A DNA stretch of 63,598 nucleotides, the filler included, from Octopus bimaculoides (taxonomy: Eukaryota): the NCBI RefSeq assembly GCF_001194135.2. It is 3 parts of 2 records of this genome, joined end to end, with 100 filler letters (N's around TTAATTAATTAA, not from the genome) between each part and the next. Parts side by side here need not be neighbours in the genome. Positions count along the whole stretch, not along the records: positions 3,859 to 34,676 come from NC_068986.1; positions 34,777 to 63,598 come from NC_068986.1; 1 more part is not named here. One strand, given 5' to 3'. The notes under the pieces are model-generated. The model made no database searches. It was not told where the DNA came from and saw nothing but the letters and a program-made list of their open reading frames with translations. The position numbers and the translations under genes are program-made. The stretch's first letter is position 1; the number at the start of each line of letters is the position of its first letter. Below are positions 22,732 to 35,218 of the stretch, in pieces.

Positions 22732-23109
22732 GGACAGGATGTCTGTGAAGCTGAAGATTTTAAACTAACGGAGGCAACGCTAGAATATCACCTGAGGAAA
22801 CACAACTAGATCTCATTATGCAAACAAACAGTTGCATGATCAAATAACTGTATTTTGGAAAACTACGTTGTGTGGAAACAATTGTAGTGATTAAAACGTA
22901 ACTGTACAACCGTACTCCTTTTTGTTGACTCCAATTTCTTCAATTTTATATTCATACACGACGAATGCCTAAACATATACTCGGAAGTATGCAATAATGC
23001 TACCGGATGATATTGGGTACTTCTTAGGGTGGGTGTGTGTGTTTGTGTGTACAAAATAATATTAAAATAATAATAATAATAATTATTATTATTATTATTA
23101 TAATTATAA

Positions 23110-23862
23110 TCCTTTCTACTATAGAGATAAGGCCAGAAATCTTGGTGGGAGGGGACTAGTCGATTACATTGACTCCAGTGTTTCACATCGACCCCGAAAG
23201 GATGAAAGGCAAAGTCGACCTCGGCAGAATTTAAACACAGAACGCAGGGACGGGTGAAATCTTGCTAACAACCGATTATTATTGTTATTTTGCGCGCCGG
23301 ACAAAATACTTAGCAGCATTTCGTCCGTCTCAACGCTCTCATTTCAAATTCCACCGAGGTCGACTTTGCCTTGCATCCTTTCGGAGTCGATAAATTAAGT
23401 GCCAGTCGAGTACTGGGTGTCGATATGATCGACTATTCCCCTCCCCACAAAATCCAGACCTTGTGACTATGGTAGAAAGGATTATTTTTATTATTGCATT
23501 AGGCGGCGAGCTTGCAGAATCGCTAGCACGCCGGGGGAAATGCTTAGCGAGATTTCACCCGTCACTGCGTTCTGTGTTCAAATTCTGCCAAGGTCGACTT
23601 TGCCGTTCATCCTTTCGGGGTCGATGTGAAACACTGGGATCAATGTAATCGACTAGTCCCTTCCCCACAAAATGTCAGGCCCTTGTCTCTATAGTAGAAA
23701 GGATTATTATCATTATTATCATTGTTGTTGTTGTTGTTGTTGCTGTTATTATTATTATTATTATTATTATCATTATTATTATTATTATTTGTGTATTGGA
23801 GTCGATGTAATCGACTATCTCCCTCTTCTTAATTTCAGGCCTTGCACCTATAGTAGAAAGAA
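23110..23862. mobile_element. Cluster of four SINE family A pieces: 23110-23268 (-), 23292-23482 (+), 23500-23702 (+), 23797-23862 (+ tail)
   Basis: Family A hallmarks in each piece, separated by (ATT)n/(GTT)n tracts. Confidence 0.85.
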
Positions 23863-23904
23863 TTATTATTATTATTATTATTATTATTATCATTATTATT
23901 ATTA

Positions 23905-23958
<54 letters not shown>

Positions 23959-23968
23959 NNNNNNNNNN

Positions 23969-24026
<58 letters not shown>

Positions 24027-26371
24027 CAGCCTTTTGTGCCGTCTTGTATTGCACATTGCACACTCGCATATGCTTGTATACACATGTCGCTTATATGTAC
24101 ATGTACAGCGTACATGTATACAAGCACCGAGATCCCGTCGGAATGCTCTGTGTAAAGCGAACGCCACTAAGCATCTCTTGACAGCGTGATGACGTCTGCT
24201 CGTGACTTGTGATTAATCTTTGACATGTTGACGCCAGCAACGTTGCCCTCTGTGATAAATGCATTTACACTGATACCACCGAGGCTCTTACCCTTGGGCT
24301 CAGTCAGAACAACAAAGCATTTAATGTAAGACAAATGAAAAATAACAACAGCGCACCAAGAACCAAGCACCAGCACAAGCTTATGGATATTGGCTTTCAA
24401 AAGGAAATTAGTTTGGTTCTTAGTTTGGTAATTGTTTTCTTGTTCTTGTGTTTTCTTAGTTCTTATATCTCTTTTTCTCTTTGCTTCCTTTTTTTATTTT
24501 CAAAACATAATTTCGAGTAAACAGGCCGTTTTCTTCAGACAATGTTTTGTTTAGAGAAAATGGCCTTTACATGAATTTATTTTAATGCCAATTTATTTTA
24601 TTTCATAGTTAGGTAGCGTTTGTTTCTTTCAGTGAGACACATGTACGAATGATAGAGTTATTTTATTTCTGTGGTTTGTTGTATTTTTTTTCTATCTCTT
24701 AAATATGTATAAATGTGTATGTATGTATATGTATAAGCACATATATACATACGTATATAAACATATGTATGTATATATATATATATATGTATATATNNNN
24801 NNNNNNNNNNNNNNNNNNNNNNNNNNNNNNNNNNNNNNNNNNNNNNNNNNNNNNNNNNNNNNNNNNNNNNNNNNNNNNNNNNNNNNNNNNNNNNNNNNNN
24901 NNNNNNNNNNNNNNNNNNNNNNNNNNNNNNNNNNNNNNNNNNNNNNNNNNNNNNNNNNNNNNNNNNNNNNNNNNNNNNNNNNNNNNNNNNNNNNNNNNNN
25001 NNNNNNNNNNNNNNNNNNNNNNNNNNNNNNNNNNNNNNNNNNNNNNNNNNNNNNNNNNNNNNNNNNNNNNNNNNNNNNNNNNNNNNNNNNNNNNNNNNNN
25101 NNNNNNNNNNNNNNNNNNNNNNNNNNNGGGAGGGGAAAAAAGAAGTAGGGGGTGTCGATCAAAAGGGATCGAGAAAAAAAAATAGGGATCGTGTATCACA
25201 GTAAGTTCTCGTGTAAAAAGGGGAGGACAGTTTAGGTTTAGCCGTGGAAAGAAAAGCCTACGGAAAAGACCACGATAACCTTGGTCAATATTGTTATTGT
25301 TATTGAAAATACTATAACAGTAAGTGACTCTATTTTGCCTTTTTGTTTCTTTTCTGGATTTTTTTACTCCTTTATAGTGTTATGCATAGATAGATAGATA
25401 GATAGATAGATACATGTGTGTTTTATGTCTGCTATTGCAGTTAAGGACAACTGACCGACGTATGTGTGTGAGGGGAAGGTGTTGTTTGTATGTCTATGAT
25501 GGTTCTCTTCTGTGTTTAATTATTTGAAGTCTTGTAAGAAGGAGCTATTTTCTAACAAAGATGCAAAGCCCCATCGTTAGAATGTTGATAGAAAAACAAA
25601 TTCACAATTTGAACTTGATAAATGTTTTGTATAGCTTTATTTTTCCGCTTACAGATCGTGTTTATAATGTACGAGTTAACTGGGTGAATTCTTTATCTGA
25701 AAACCTCAGTTTATCCAGATAAAGACTGTGGCATTTATTCACTGAACTAAGTGCACCACTTATTATTGACATACGTATGAATTTAATCTACGTATGGATT
25801 TAAATCTAGGTCTAGAAGTCAGATGTTTCCAAGTTGGTGTCTGTAGATAGCTTCTTTCTTTTTGATTTTCAAAATAAAAAAATCACACCAGCAAGACAGT
25901 TGACGTGTATGACAGTACATACTTTCTTTTTTGTTTGTCTCAAACAACAATATCTTGAGTGTAATGTTTGTAGTTGTTCGAAGTATTGATAAGAATGTTT
26001 CACCAGTATTCCTTGTGTTGATGTACTCGTTCAGGAACAGGGGCTTACCTATATTTATCTCAGAACAGTCATTTCTTCCTTTAAAGCATCCCTCCCTTTA
26101 AACAAGTAAAGAAGCTAGTTCTAAAATCTCTATAAGAGATGCAAATAGTAACTATACTGAAAAGTAATGTTTGTTGCCACTTCAACATGGCTGTTCTGTA
26201 CGGAACGACGTTCCTACTATTTTTTAACTCCAGAAGAACATCTCCAGCTGGTTAACCAGCAACTAACATTACTATTCTTACCTATATCTCTTGTTTCAGT
26301 CCTTGAAGTATTTTAGTCGAATGAATCGACCCAAGGACTTTTCTTTAATTCTGATACTTATTCAATCGTTC

Positions 26372-26414
<43 letters not shown>

Positions 26415-26864
26415 GTATGTATGTATGTATGTATGTATGTATGTATGTATATATATGTATATATAAATATGTATATATGTGTGTGCGTGTGTATGTATAT
26501 ATATAATTATAAATTTTCTTTAGAAACGCATAGAAAGCATGGAAGTGCTCGAGTCAAACCCGAGACGCTAGGTAAGTACGAGAGAAACGGAGAAGAAGTT
26601 CAACTCAGGCAGACTACGATTGGTGAATACATATACGGATTTAATATGATAAAATTGTCTAAAACATATATTAATAGATTCAGAATATAAAGATATAGAA
26701 ATATAAATATATATATATGAATGTTAAAAATACGCAAGGACAAATAGATATATAGATATATAAATATAATAGAGTATAGATAAAAATATAGGTAAGAATA
26801 ATGAAATATAGAAAGACATTTCTTTGAAAAGTTCAAAATAAATTATGGAATGGATGTTTAAATA

Positions 26865-27051
26865 GATGTTTAAAAAGCATTTTTGGTACCAGATTTTAAG
26901 GAAATGAAGTATTCCGACGATCATTTCTAGAGTTCATTCAAAAAGTACGTGTGAATCTTACGATTCACTGTCAAGTAATGCTTCCATCATCAGGGAAAAA
27001 GAAATACTCCATTTCCTTTAAATATGGTACCAAAAACTCTTTCTAAACATC
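26865..27051. repeat. ~49-bp imperfect inverted repeat (MITE-like), ~90-bp spacer
   Basis: gatgtttaaaaagcattttt-ggtacca-gattttaaggaaatgaagtatt versus aatactccatttcctttaaatatggtaccaaaaactctttctaaacatc. Confidence 0.65.
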
Positions 27052-28333
27052 TTTTACTCCCTCCATTAGGAACAAATCCCGTTTTATTGCATATTGACTT
27101 TCATTTTACCCGAGCCTATACGATACACTGATGTAGTTGCTTTTGTTTTTGCTGTTGTTGTTTAGCTCTGACTGAGCTGAACCCCAATCATAAACAGAGT
27201 ATTCAGGACCACATTATCCGAAGTGTCGGTTTCTAAGACATCGAGATATGAATTTAAGGAGATTTGGTGGCTATTACTAAGAGGCACAGTCCAGCAACTA
27301 CCCAAAGGCTCCTTTATTTGTTCGATTCATTTAACGTTTATTTTTGTTTTTATTTTGAACCAAAATATTTTCTTTATTACTTTCTTTTTTCTTTCCTTCG
27401 TCGTTTCTTATAACTCGAGTAAGAGTTGAACACAGATACTTAAGAATCATTAATGTTGTTTATAGAAGCTCGACTGAAATACAGTAGGACTAATCGATTA
27501 TATATTGCGTTCGGTTGGTGGAGAAGACGTCAAAGGCTTGCAAGACGATGCGAACAAAAAGAAAATGGGAAAATAAGATAGAGAGAGATGTGATGATAAG
27601 AGTGAAAATGACTAGAGATTGAAGAGAAATATCGGAAAGAAACGATATACTAAGTTATCGTTATGAAGATATTCCTTAGCTTTAATAACATAAAGAGAGC
27701 AGGTCTTCTTAAATTGCTGGTCACATGTTGCCGATGCGAAAAGAAAACCGGTAAATACTAAGACCAAGCAATCTTAACTTCATAAGAGACCCTGCGGAAG
27801 CCATACTAACTTATGCACTTCACCTTCCCTAGGGACATTTCTGCTTACTCCCTGTCGATATACATTTGCCCAACGGCAAATGTCCTCGACCGATCCCCGA
27901 ATCTCGCTCTTTTCTGATTTCATGCCTTGACTGTGTGATTATAGTTTCCAACATAATCATTATATCGCTTTTCTTCTTACATACAACCACCGCTTTAATA
28001 AACTGCGTAGCGCGTTCAGCGTCCATCATAGACACAAACTTATTCATTTTATCATTTATCATCACAGCGAGGATACACACATATACGATCGTGTCAACAG
28101 TATGATAGCTGCAGGCTGTTTACATGTATGTATGTATGTATGTATGTATGTACGTATATATGTATGTATGTATGTATGCCATCAATATCATTAACTGCAA
28201 TAATAGTATTAGATTGTTTTTTGCATCTTTCTCGTGTTGATTACCGTATATTTTCGTTAACTTTGATTTTCTCTCGTTCTTCAAAACATTATTCTTTTAT
28301 CAATGTTTTTGGTTTCATGTATGGTTTCCAACG

Positions 28334-28364
<31 letters not shown>

Positions 28365-28760
28365 ATATATATTATGTGTGTGTGTGCATGCGTGCGTGTG
28401 TAACAAAAAAAAAGAGCAATGCATTCCACCTTCACTATGTCTTTATTTGCGTGGATATAAAAATCGATGAATGGTGACTGATTTGTATAAATCATTCTGT
28501 TTTCGGCGTCAGCGAACCTAAATTAATACAACTAATATTATAGGTGCTTTGTTATTCAATTATTCAATCACAGCCATTTGTTTTATGTTTGTTGTGTCAC
28601 ATTTTCTCGCATCTCGTAAGCAAATGTAATTTTCTTTCTCTATATCACTGTCTAATCAATAAGTTTAATTAAGCTAACACGGCCTAGTAATTAGAAAATA
28701 TGCATCGGCTGTCACAGACTAGATTCACGAGGGGAGAGAGAGAGAGAGAGACAAAAAAAG

Positions 28761-28791
<31 letters not shown>

Positions 28792-28859
28792 ACAAGAAAA
28801 GAAATGGAAATTGTTTGTTCTCCAGCCACACCCAACTCAGACAAGCAATTCAACTAGTA

Positions 28860-28983
28860 ATGACGATGATGATGATGACGATGATGACGATCATGATGAT
28901 GAAGACAACGAGTTGGAGGATATAGAAAAGGGATGGAAGAGTGCAGAGGTAGTGTAAGGAGAGAATAATGATAAGACGAAGAA

Positions 28984-29018
<35 letters not shown>

Positions 29019-29080
29019 GGATGATGATGATGATGAGGAGGAGGATGATGATGATGATGAGGAGGAGGAGGAGGAGGTGG
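28860..29080. repeat. (GAT)n/(GAG)n trinucleotide tracts
   Basis: Direct reading. Confidence 0.9.
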
Positions 29081-29505
29081 AAATGATGCATTCTTGTTTG
29101 GTTTATTTCGAAATTTCGTCTAAAAAAATATTATTACATAAACAAACTTTACTAAATAATCTTACCTTTCTTCCAGTCATTTAAACTTCTTTTTTTTTTT
29201 TATCAAACTCATTATTCTACATCTTAATACTTCAAGGTTAATAAATCTCAGGCCGTACATCATTTGCTTTTTCTTTGAAAATCGAATTCTAATAGCCTAT
29301 GCCGTATGTTCGATATTTGAAAAAGCCATCCACTTCAAACTTTTCTATACCCGTTCATAGTCGCTAATATAAAGAAGGATGCGCTTCACAGAGCTGACCT
29401 GTATTCGATACACCACGTGAAAATGTATTATTCAATGATGAAGCAGGTTTCTAGAAATTTTCATTTTTCATCTTAATGGTTCTAACCCGTGTTAAGTATT
29501 TAGAG

Positions 29506-29813
29506 CAGTCGTTCTCAACCATTAAAAAAAAATCTATGGACCATTTTGATTAGTATTTATTGTGGTGAACCCATTCGATATTGAAAAACTAATTTTACGG
29601 TTACTTCTTTCAAAATTTCTATTTTTTTATTCGCTCATTCGCTTGTATTTGTAAGTAAAATGTTAGAGAAAGAACGCTAGTTCTTTGTTGCAATACATAA
29701 ATTTAAATCAAAACTTTTCATGGACCCTTAAAATACTATGTGGGTCACCAATTTACTATTTTACTATTGTGGCCCTCCAAAAGTCATACATGGACCATGG
29801 TTGGGAACCCTTG
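29506..29813. mobile_element. hAT (Charlie-like) MITE, 308 bp
   Basis: TIRs CAGTCGTTCTCAACCAT / ATGGTTGGGAACCCTTG. The 8-bp flanks ATTTAGAG and ATTTAAAG match 7/8 and resemble the NTCTAGAN Charlie target. Confidence 0.75.
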
Positions 29814-29954
29814 ATTTAAAGTGAACTAGCAAATATTCTGGCATATCTACCTTCTAGAAACAATAAAGATGATTCACATTCCTATAACAACCGTAACATA
29901 CATTCATACATGCATTCATACATTCATACATCCGTACGTACACAGATACATACA

Positions 29955-30740
29955 CAGGTACTTCAAATGGCTGAAATACTCAACCTTAGAAAAGAGTATA
30001 CGGGTACATGTTTCACACCTCCAATGCTTTATATTTTCATCGAGGTTCTGATGACAGCCCTTCCCAAACCAACGCTTAAGCCTTTTGTGCTCAAGGCTAA
30101 CCTTCTTCGAAAGTTTCGCCACCTTTCCTTATACGTTATCCCTACTCAGCACTTTCCAAAACTAGTTCTTCTCAGTTTTTTTTTACATCGATTTGCGGTT
30201 CCTTCACGTTGCATTTTATTTAGTTTTTGTACTTTTTTCTTGGCTTATACTGAGGACGCTTACCAGTGTACAGCTCACCTTTTCATTTTTCATATGTACA
30301 GCGGGGCCTGTTAAGTGCATCTGAGTAAATTGATGAGTGTGTTTGTGCATCCAACCTTTTGCAAGGACTTCTGTGTCAGGTGTTTTACTTTGCCACGTGA
30401 TGCTGAGCATATGTCTCAAAACATTTTTTATGAAAGCGCTCAAGCAACTTGAGATGCCAATAGTGTGTTGCACAGGTTTCAGAAGAGTACACTAGCACAC
30501 AAGCCTTGTAAACACGCAACTTGGCATTGCTAGTGGTGCCATGATCTGCCTAGACTATATTTTCACGTTTCCCAAACGACACAGATGTTTTCTAAGTGCG
30601 TAGATTTATTTCTATGGGCAATACATAGAAAGTCATCTCTCAACAAAATGCTAACCAGGTAAACAAGACTGTCAATCGCACTACATCTAATCTTGTGCTG
30701 TATTCTACGATATTTGGTTCGACATAAGGTTCACCTGGAA
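29955..30740 (-). mobile_element. RTE-clade (BovB-like) LINE, decayed 3' end
   Basis: Minus-strand translation TSNAKLRVYKACV...YSSET...LERFH...LRHMLSITWQSKTPDTEVL...GKRPQYKPRKKYK...CETCTRILFSKVEYFSHLK (C-terminal zinc-finger-like motif). Confidence 0.85.
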
Positions 30741-30935
30741 CAGGTATGAACATTACCTTTTTTTCAGATACATAAATGTATACATGTATGTAGGCAGGTA
30801 GGCACCAGTAGCTTACAATAGCCTTTAATGCAATTTAAGTTGTTATCCAGTTAAGCCAACATGACTTGCATATTGCTGGCGTTACACGTGTTTTGTCCTG
30901 ATGTCTCATTTTCGTTTAGTTATTACATGTTGATA

Positions 30936-31800
30936 AGGCAGCGAGGTGGCAGAATCGTTAAAGCGTCGAAGATGCTTTTCGATATCTGTTCTGGTGGAGT
31001 TTACGTTCTGAGTTCAAATTACACTGCGGTCAACTTTGTTTTTCATATCCCTGGGGTCGAAAAGTATAATGTACCACTCAAGTACTGAAGTCATTTTCCT
31101 GGCAAGGTTCATCCAGATCAAGATATCAGTACTGTCGATTTCTTCCAAGAATGTATCCGTAGGACAGGACTGATAGTGTATTTATAAATCCCGAAAACTT
31201 GAAAAGTAAAGTTGACCCCAGTAGTTAAGCCCAGAGTGCAGAAAACAGGGACGTTAGAATAGCCAAGTGTGAAATTAGCACTGGGGTCGATTTAACCCCT
31301 TTTACGAACTTGCTGGCTTCGTGTCAAAATTTGAAACAAATATATGAACCACTGAATAATAAAAATCTGTATCGACTCCAGAATGTTTTAAACTCAGCAT
31401 ATAATAGACGGGATTAAATAGACACTGCACCGTCTATACCACTTCAATCTCTTGCCTTGATATTTCTTTAGAGTGTTAGCACAAAGCTATCTATACAATT
31501 TAATTGATCTTCCGTGTATTACTATTGATAGTTTATTGACCTCAACGATATTGGAACTCAAAGTGTAAAGATTTTACTCTAACTTCTTTGATACTCTACT
31601 GATTTTTACAAGACGTATATTGATTTCTTAAATGACGCAAGACCAGAAATTTGATCTTTACTCTTATCGAACATCGAAAGGAAGAGAACTATGATTGACT
31701 GCGACTAGATTTGAACTCAGAACATAAAGATACGCAACTAAATACCCCGATGCAGTATTGTATATGATACTCTACCGGTTCTATCATCCACCACCATCTG
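30936..31800. mobile_element. Run of old SINE family A-related fragments in both orientations
   Basis: aaggcagcgaggtggcagaatcgtt head at 30936, plus repeated tttgaactcagaac, ggggtcga and aaagttgaccc motifs. Confidence 0.6.
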
Positions 31801-32352
31801 TCAAAACAAATAAGAATATCAATTTGAAGAAAAGGTGAGGAGGAAGGCGAAGAATACAACGGAACGCACGCATAAATATTGCTTCCAAGATTGTTCGGCG
31901 AATTTCCCGCAAATGATATTTATGGTACAAACATGGCCATCAGCTGAATGTTCTTGATGAGGCCTGATACTTTTATTGATACTTTTATTGAGTATCATTT
32001 TCTTTTTAATTGACTTCAACAGCCCTTCATGTCAATTTAAGACAATGTAACTGTGATATTTTGTTGGGGTGGCAGATTGTAACTGACACTAATTGCGAGG
32101 ACGGAGTTGAAGTGTGTTAACGAAGAGAGAAAGTTTGAAGAAGGCACTGAAAGAAGCGGGAGAAGGGGACAAGCGTTGGCAAATAATCATAAAGTTTCTG
32201 GAACACAAAAACAAAGCAAAACAAAATTTAATTTTTAAAAATCTGTGGAATGTAGCCTATAAAAAATACAAATAAGTTAATATCTAGCAATAAAGTTCAA
32301 TAATTTGTAACGGTAATTAACATTTGCATTGCTAATTGACATCATATATATA

Positions 32353-32392
32353 CTAGCAGAAATACCCGGCTTTGCCCGGGTTAAAGAGAATA
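32353..32392 (-). mobile_element. Helitron 3' terminus (remainder in gap)
   Basis: Minus strand: ACCCGGgcaaagCCGGGT hairpin, 7 nt, then CTAG|T, the canonical Helitron 3' end. Confidence 0.7.
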
Positions 32393-32492
32393 NNNNNNNN
32401 NNNNNNNNNNNNNNNNNNNNNNNNNNNNNNNNNNNNNNNNNNNNNNNNNNNNNNNNNNNNNNNNNNNNNNNNNNNNNNNNNNNNNNNNNNNN

Positions 32493-32654
32493 GAGGAGAA
32501 GGAAGATGAAGAGGAGGAGGAAGATGAAGAGGAGAAGGAAGAAGGAGAGGAGGGGGAAGAGTAGGAGGAGGAGGAAGAGGAGGAGGAAGAGGAGGAGGAA
32601 GAGGAGGAGGAAGAGGAGGAGGAAGAGGAGGAGGAAGAGGAGGAGGAAGAGGAG

Positions 32655-32685
<31 letters not shown>

Positions 32686-32830
32686 TGGAAGAAGAAGCGG
32701 AGGAGGAAGAGGAGGAGGTGGAAGAAGAAGAGGTGAAAGAAGAAGAGGAGGAGGAAGAGGAGGATGAGGAAGAAGAGGATGAGGAAGAGGAAGAGGAGGA
32801 TGAGGAGGATGAGGAAGAGGAGGAAGGAGA
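32493..32830. repeat. (GAG/GAA)n purine array with GAGGAGGAA 9-mer periodicity
   Basis: Direct reading. It gives spurious poly-E/R/P/S ORFs. Confidence 0.92.
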
Positions 32831-33914
32831 AAAAGAAGAAAAAGAAAAGAACAAACAAACAAATGAAGTTACAACAGTGATGGGAATAAATTGCAGTTAT
32901 ACTAACTATGGTGGCTATGTATGAGAAATGGCGGGGAACAGAAGTAAGAAGTGAAGTGTCCATGGCGACCCTGACGAGATCAGCAACATCATTGTCAAAA
33001 GCAGCTAACAAAAAGAATGACACGATCATTTACTTTTTCACTTCCCTGCTGTGAGCGCTCTGATTCATTGTCTTGTTATAATTTCCTCAAATCTAACCAT
33101 CTGTGAACAGTGACCAGCCATATCATTTCTTCCTCGCCTCTTTCTTTTTTCCCAAACCAGGCTAACACCCATCACTTCCGTAACGGTAATACGGTAATAC
33201 TATTCTTATTCCTGTCCCAAAGATCCCCTACTGACATTTTCTGCAGCAGCAAGCAAACAAGCATGCCAGCCAGTCGATATTTTCAACCAGGTCTTTCCCG
33301 CGTGCCTTCTCCGTCAATTTCGACGCCATTACTGACAAAGCAATATGGAATCCAACTATAACGACGAGCTTTGTTCTTTCCAGGGCTTTCACAGTCTAAA
33401 AATAAACAAACAAACGAATAAATAAAAATATCCCAGCGTCTACCTATTAAGCTACTGATGACCAATTACGATTATATTGCCATGTCCTGCCTGTTCTCCG
33501 ACTTTGCAACAACTAACTCCTAACATCGAAAAGACCATCTGGACGATGTTTTGAAACGTTGCATTGCAATCCATCTCCCCACGTTTTTTCTCTTCTTTTC
33601 TTTTCTATTTTTCGTTTTTTTTTTCTTCTCTTTTTTGAATATGTTTAGCGTTTGTTATGGTTGTGAACGGCAGATGAGGCAGATGGATACATTGTTTCGT
33701 AAAAGCAAATCTCCGGCACTGTCTTCTTCTGAACGCTAACTCTTCGTCCCACTCGATTTCATTAGATTTATGATAATTTAGAATGTGGTATTTGTACTTA
33801 AAGCATTCTAAACAACATCACCACTCAGACGTCGCCTCCACCACAAAAGAAACACAACAGGACAAAGTAGCTGCTGTGGTGGTAGTGGTGGTAAAATTTG
33901 TTCCGCTTTTAATG

Positions 33915-33956
<42 letters not shown>

Positions 33957-34442
33957 CTGGGTGTTGGTAGTAGCAGTAGTAGTCACTGCACTGCTACTGC
34001 TGTTGCAACTACTGCTGCTGTTGCTGCTGTGTCCTCATATTACGGACCTCGACCTGAAATCTCAGCAACCAAGTGACAAAATCAGTTGAAATTTGCTATG
34101 TGTGGCGAAGTTAGGAATTTATTTTGATTGAAGAAGGTTTTGCTTCGTTAAATCTCAGAATTGCCATTTTGAGACTTGCTAAATTGATACTTGCCACAGA
34201 TATAAATTATCACAGGTCATACAAATTCTTTATCAGATTTTTACGACTTTTCCTCGAAACTGTAAAGGACAAACTGTATAAAATTAAGCTCTTATTGTTA
34301 AGCTCTAAATGGGCAGATCTATCATCAAAGTCGTTCTAATCGTGACCATCCTGTAGTCTTGCTTATATCGGCTACCTGTAGCAAGTTGAATCATTACATG
34401 CAACATCTCCAGTAACAGCTGAAACGGTGGTGTGGAGATGGT

Positions 34443-34485
<43 letters not shown>

Positions 34486-34499
34486 ACACAATGATGATG

Positions 34500-34670
34500 A
34501 TGGAATGAAAAAGAGGAGGTTGGTGGGGGAAGCAGCCAACGCCCGCCGATTGTTACTCCCCGATAACATTGTTCTTTTTTTAAAGAACACAAATGAGGTG
34601 TTGAACCTCTTACAACAGTTACAAATTGAGGCGCTGAGCCTCTTACTAATCAAAAATAAGTTTAGCAAAT
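34500..34670 (+). mobile_element. Possible highly decayed LINE reverse-transcriptase fragment
   Basis: RRLLLPDNIVLFLKNTNEVLNLLQQLQIEALSLLLIKNK resembles L-F/YADD-IVL...L..LL..L......GL.IN..K. Confidence 0.35.
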
Positions 34671-34776
34671 ATATTCNNNNNNNNNNNNNNNNNNNNNNNN
34701 NNNNNNNNNNNNNNNNNNNNTTAATTAATTAANNNNNNNNNNNNNNNNNNNNNNNNNNNNNNNNNNNNNNNNNNNN

Positions 34777-34817
<41 letters not shown>

Positions 34818-35012
34818 CACGAATATACCAGACTAATCTATTTCTCTGTCTGACACCATGAGCTATGTGGTCAAAACTATCACAGCAGTGAATATGCTGA
34901 TACGGAGCGAATATATATTTATATATAAACAAGGCCATCTTTTAAAATAATTATCATGTAGAGTGGCCTGGAAAAATCCGTTTACATAATAAATACACTA
35001 GATATATAAATT

Positions 35013-35218
35013 GTTTATGAATACATGATGTTGTTTTATAGTAATTTTGACTTCTATGTCTAGCATGGTGGTACCTCTCTATTACCCTGTTATATAATTA
35101 TAATACACTAGATATATAATTATGTAAAAATAATCATATAACAGGGTAATAAAGAGGTACCACCATGCTAGACATAGAAGTCAAACTTACTATAAAACAA
35201 CATAATGTATTCATAAAC
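35013..35218. repeat. ~83-bp near-perfect inverted repeat, 40-nt spacer
   Basis: 35013-35095 versus 35136-35218, with only about 3-4 mismatches. Confidence 0.92.

Noticed and set aside
24495-24550. CTGAAGA...GAAA hammerhead-like cores here and at 6910-6930, 40650-40690, 47810-47845 and 48125-48176
   Set aside because: Each lacks a formable stem II and/or stem III, or lacks GAAA, so they are chance matches or too decayed to call.
27829-28080. 83-aa minus-strand ORF with a GTAAGC donor and a 9-bp hairpin (acatttgcc caac ggcaaatgt)
   Set aside because: No acceptor, no recognisable domain and AT-rich codons.
32277-33029. Poly-E, poly-R/K, poly-P and poly-S ORFs
   Set aside because: They arise from a GAG/GAA array next to a gap, with no domain content or splice structure.
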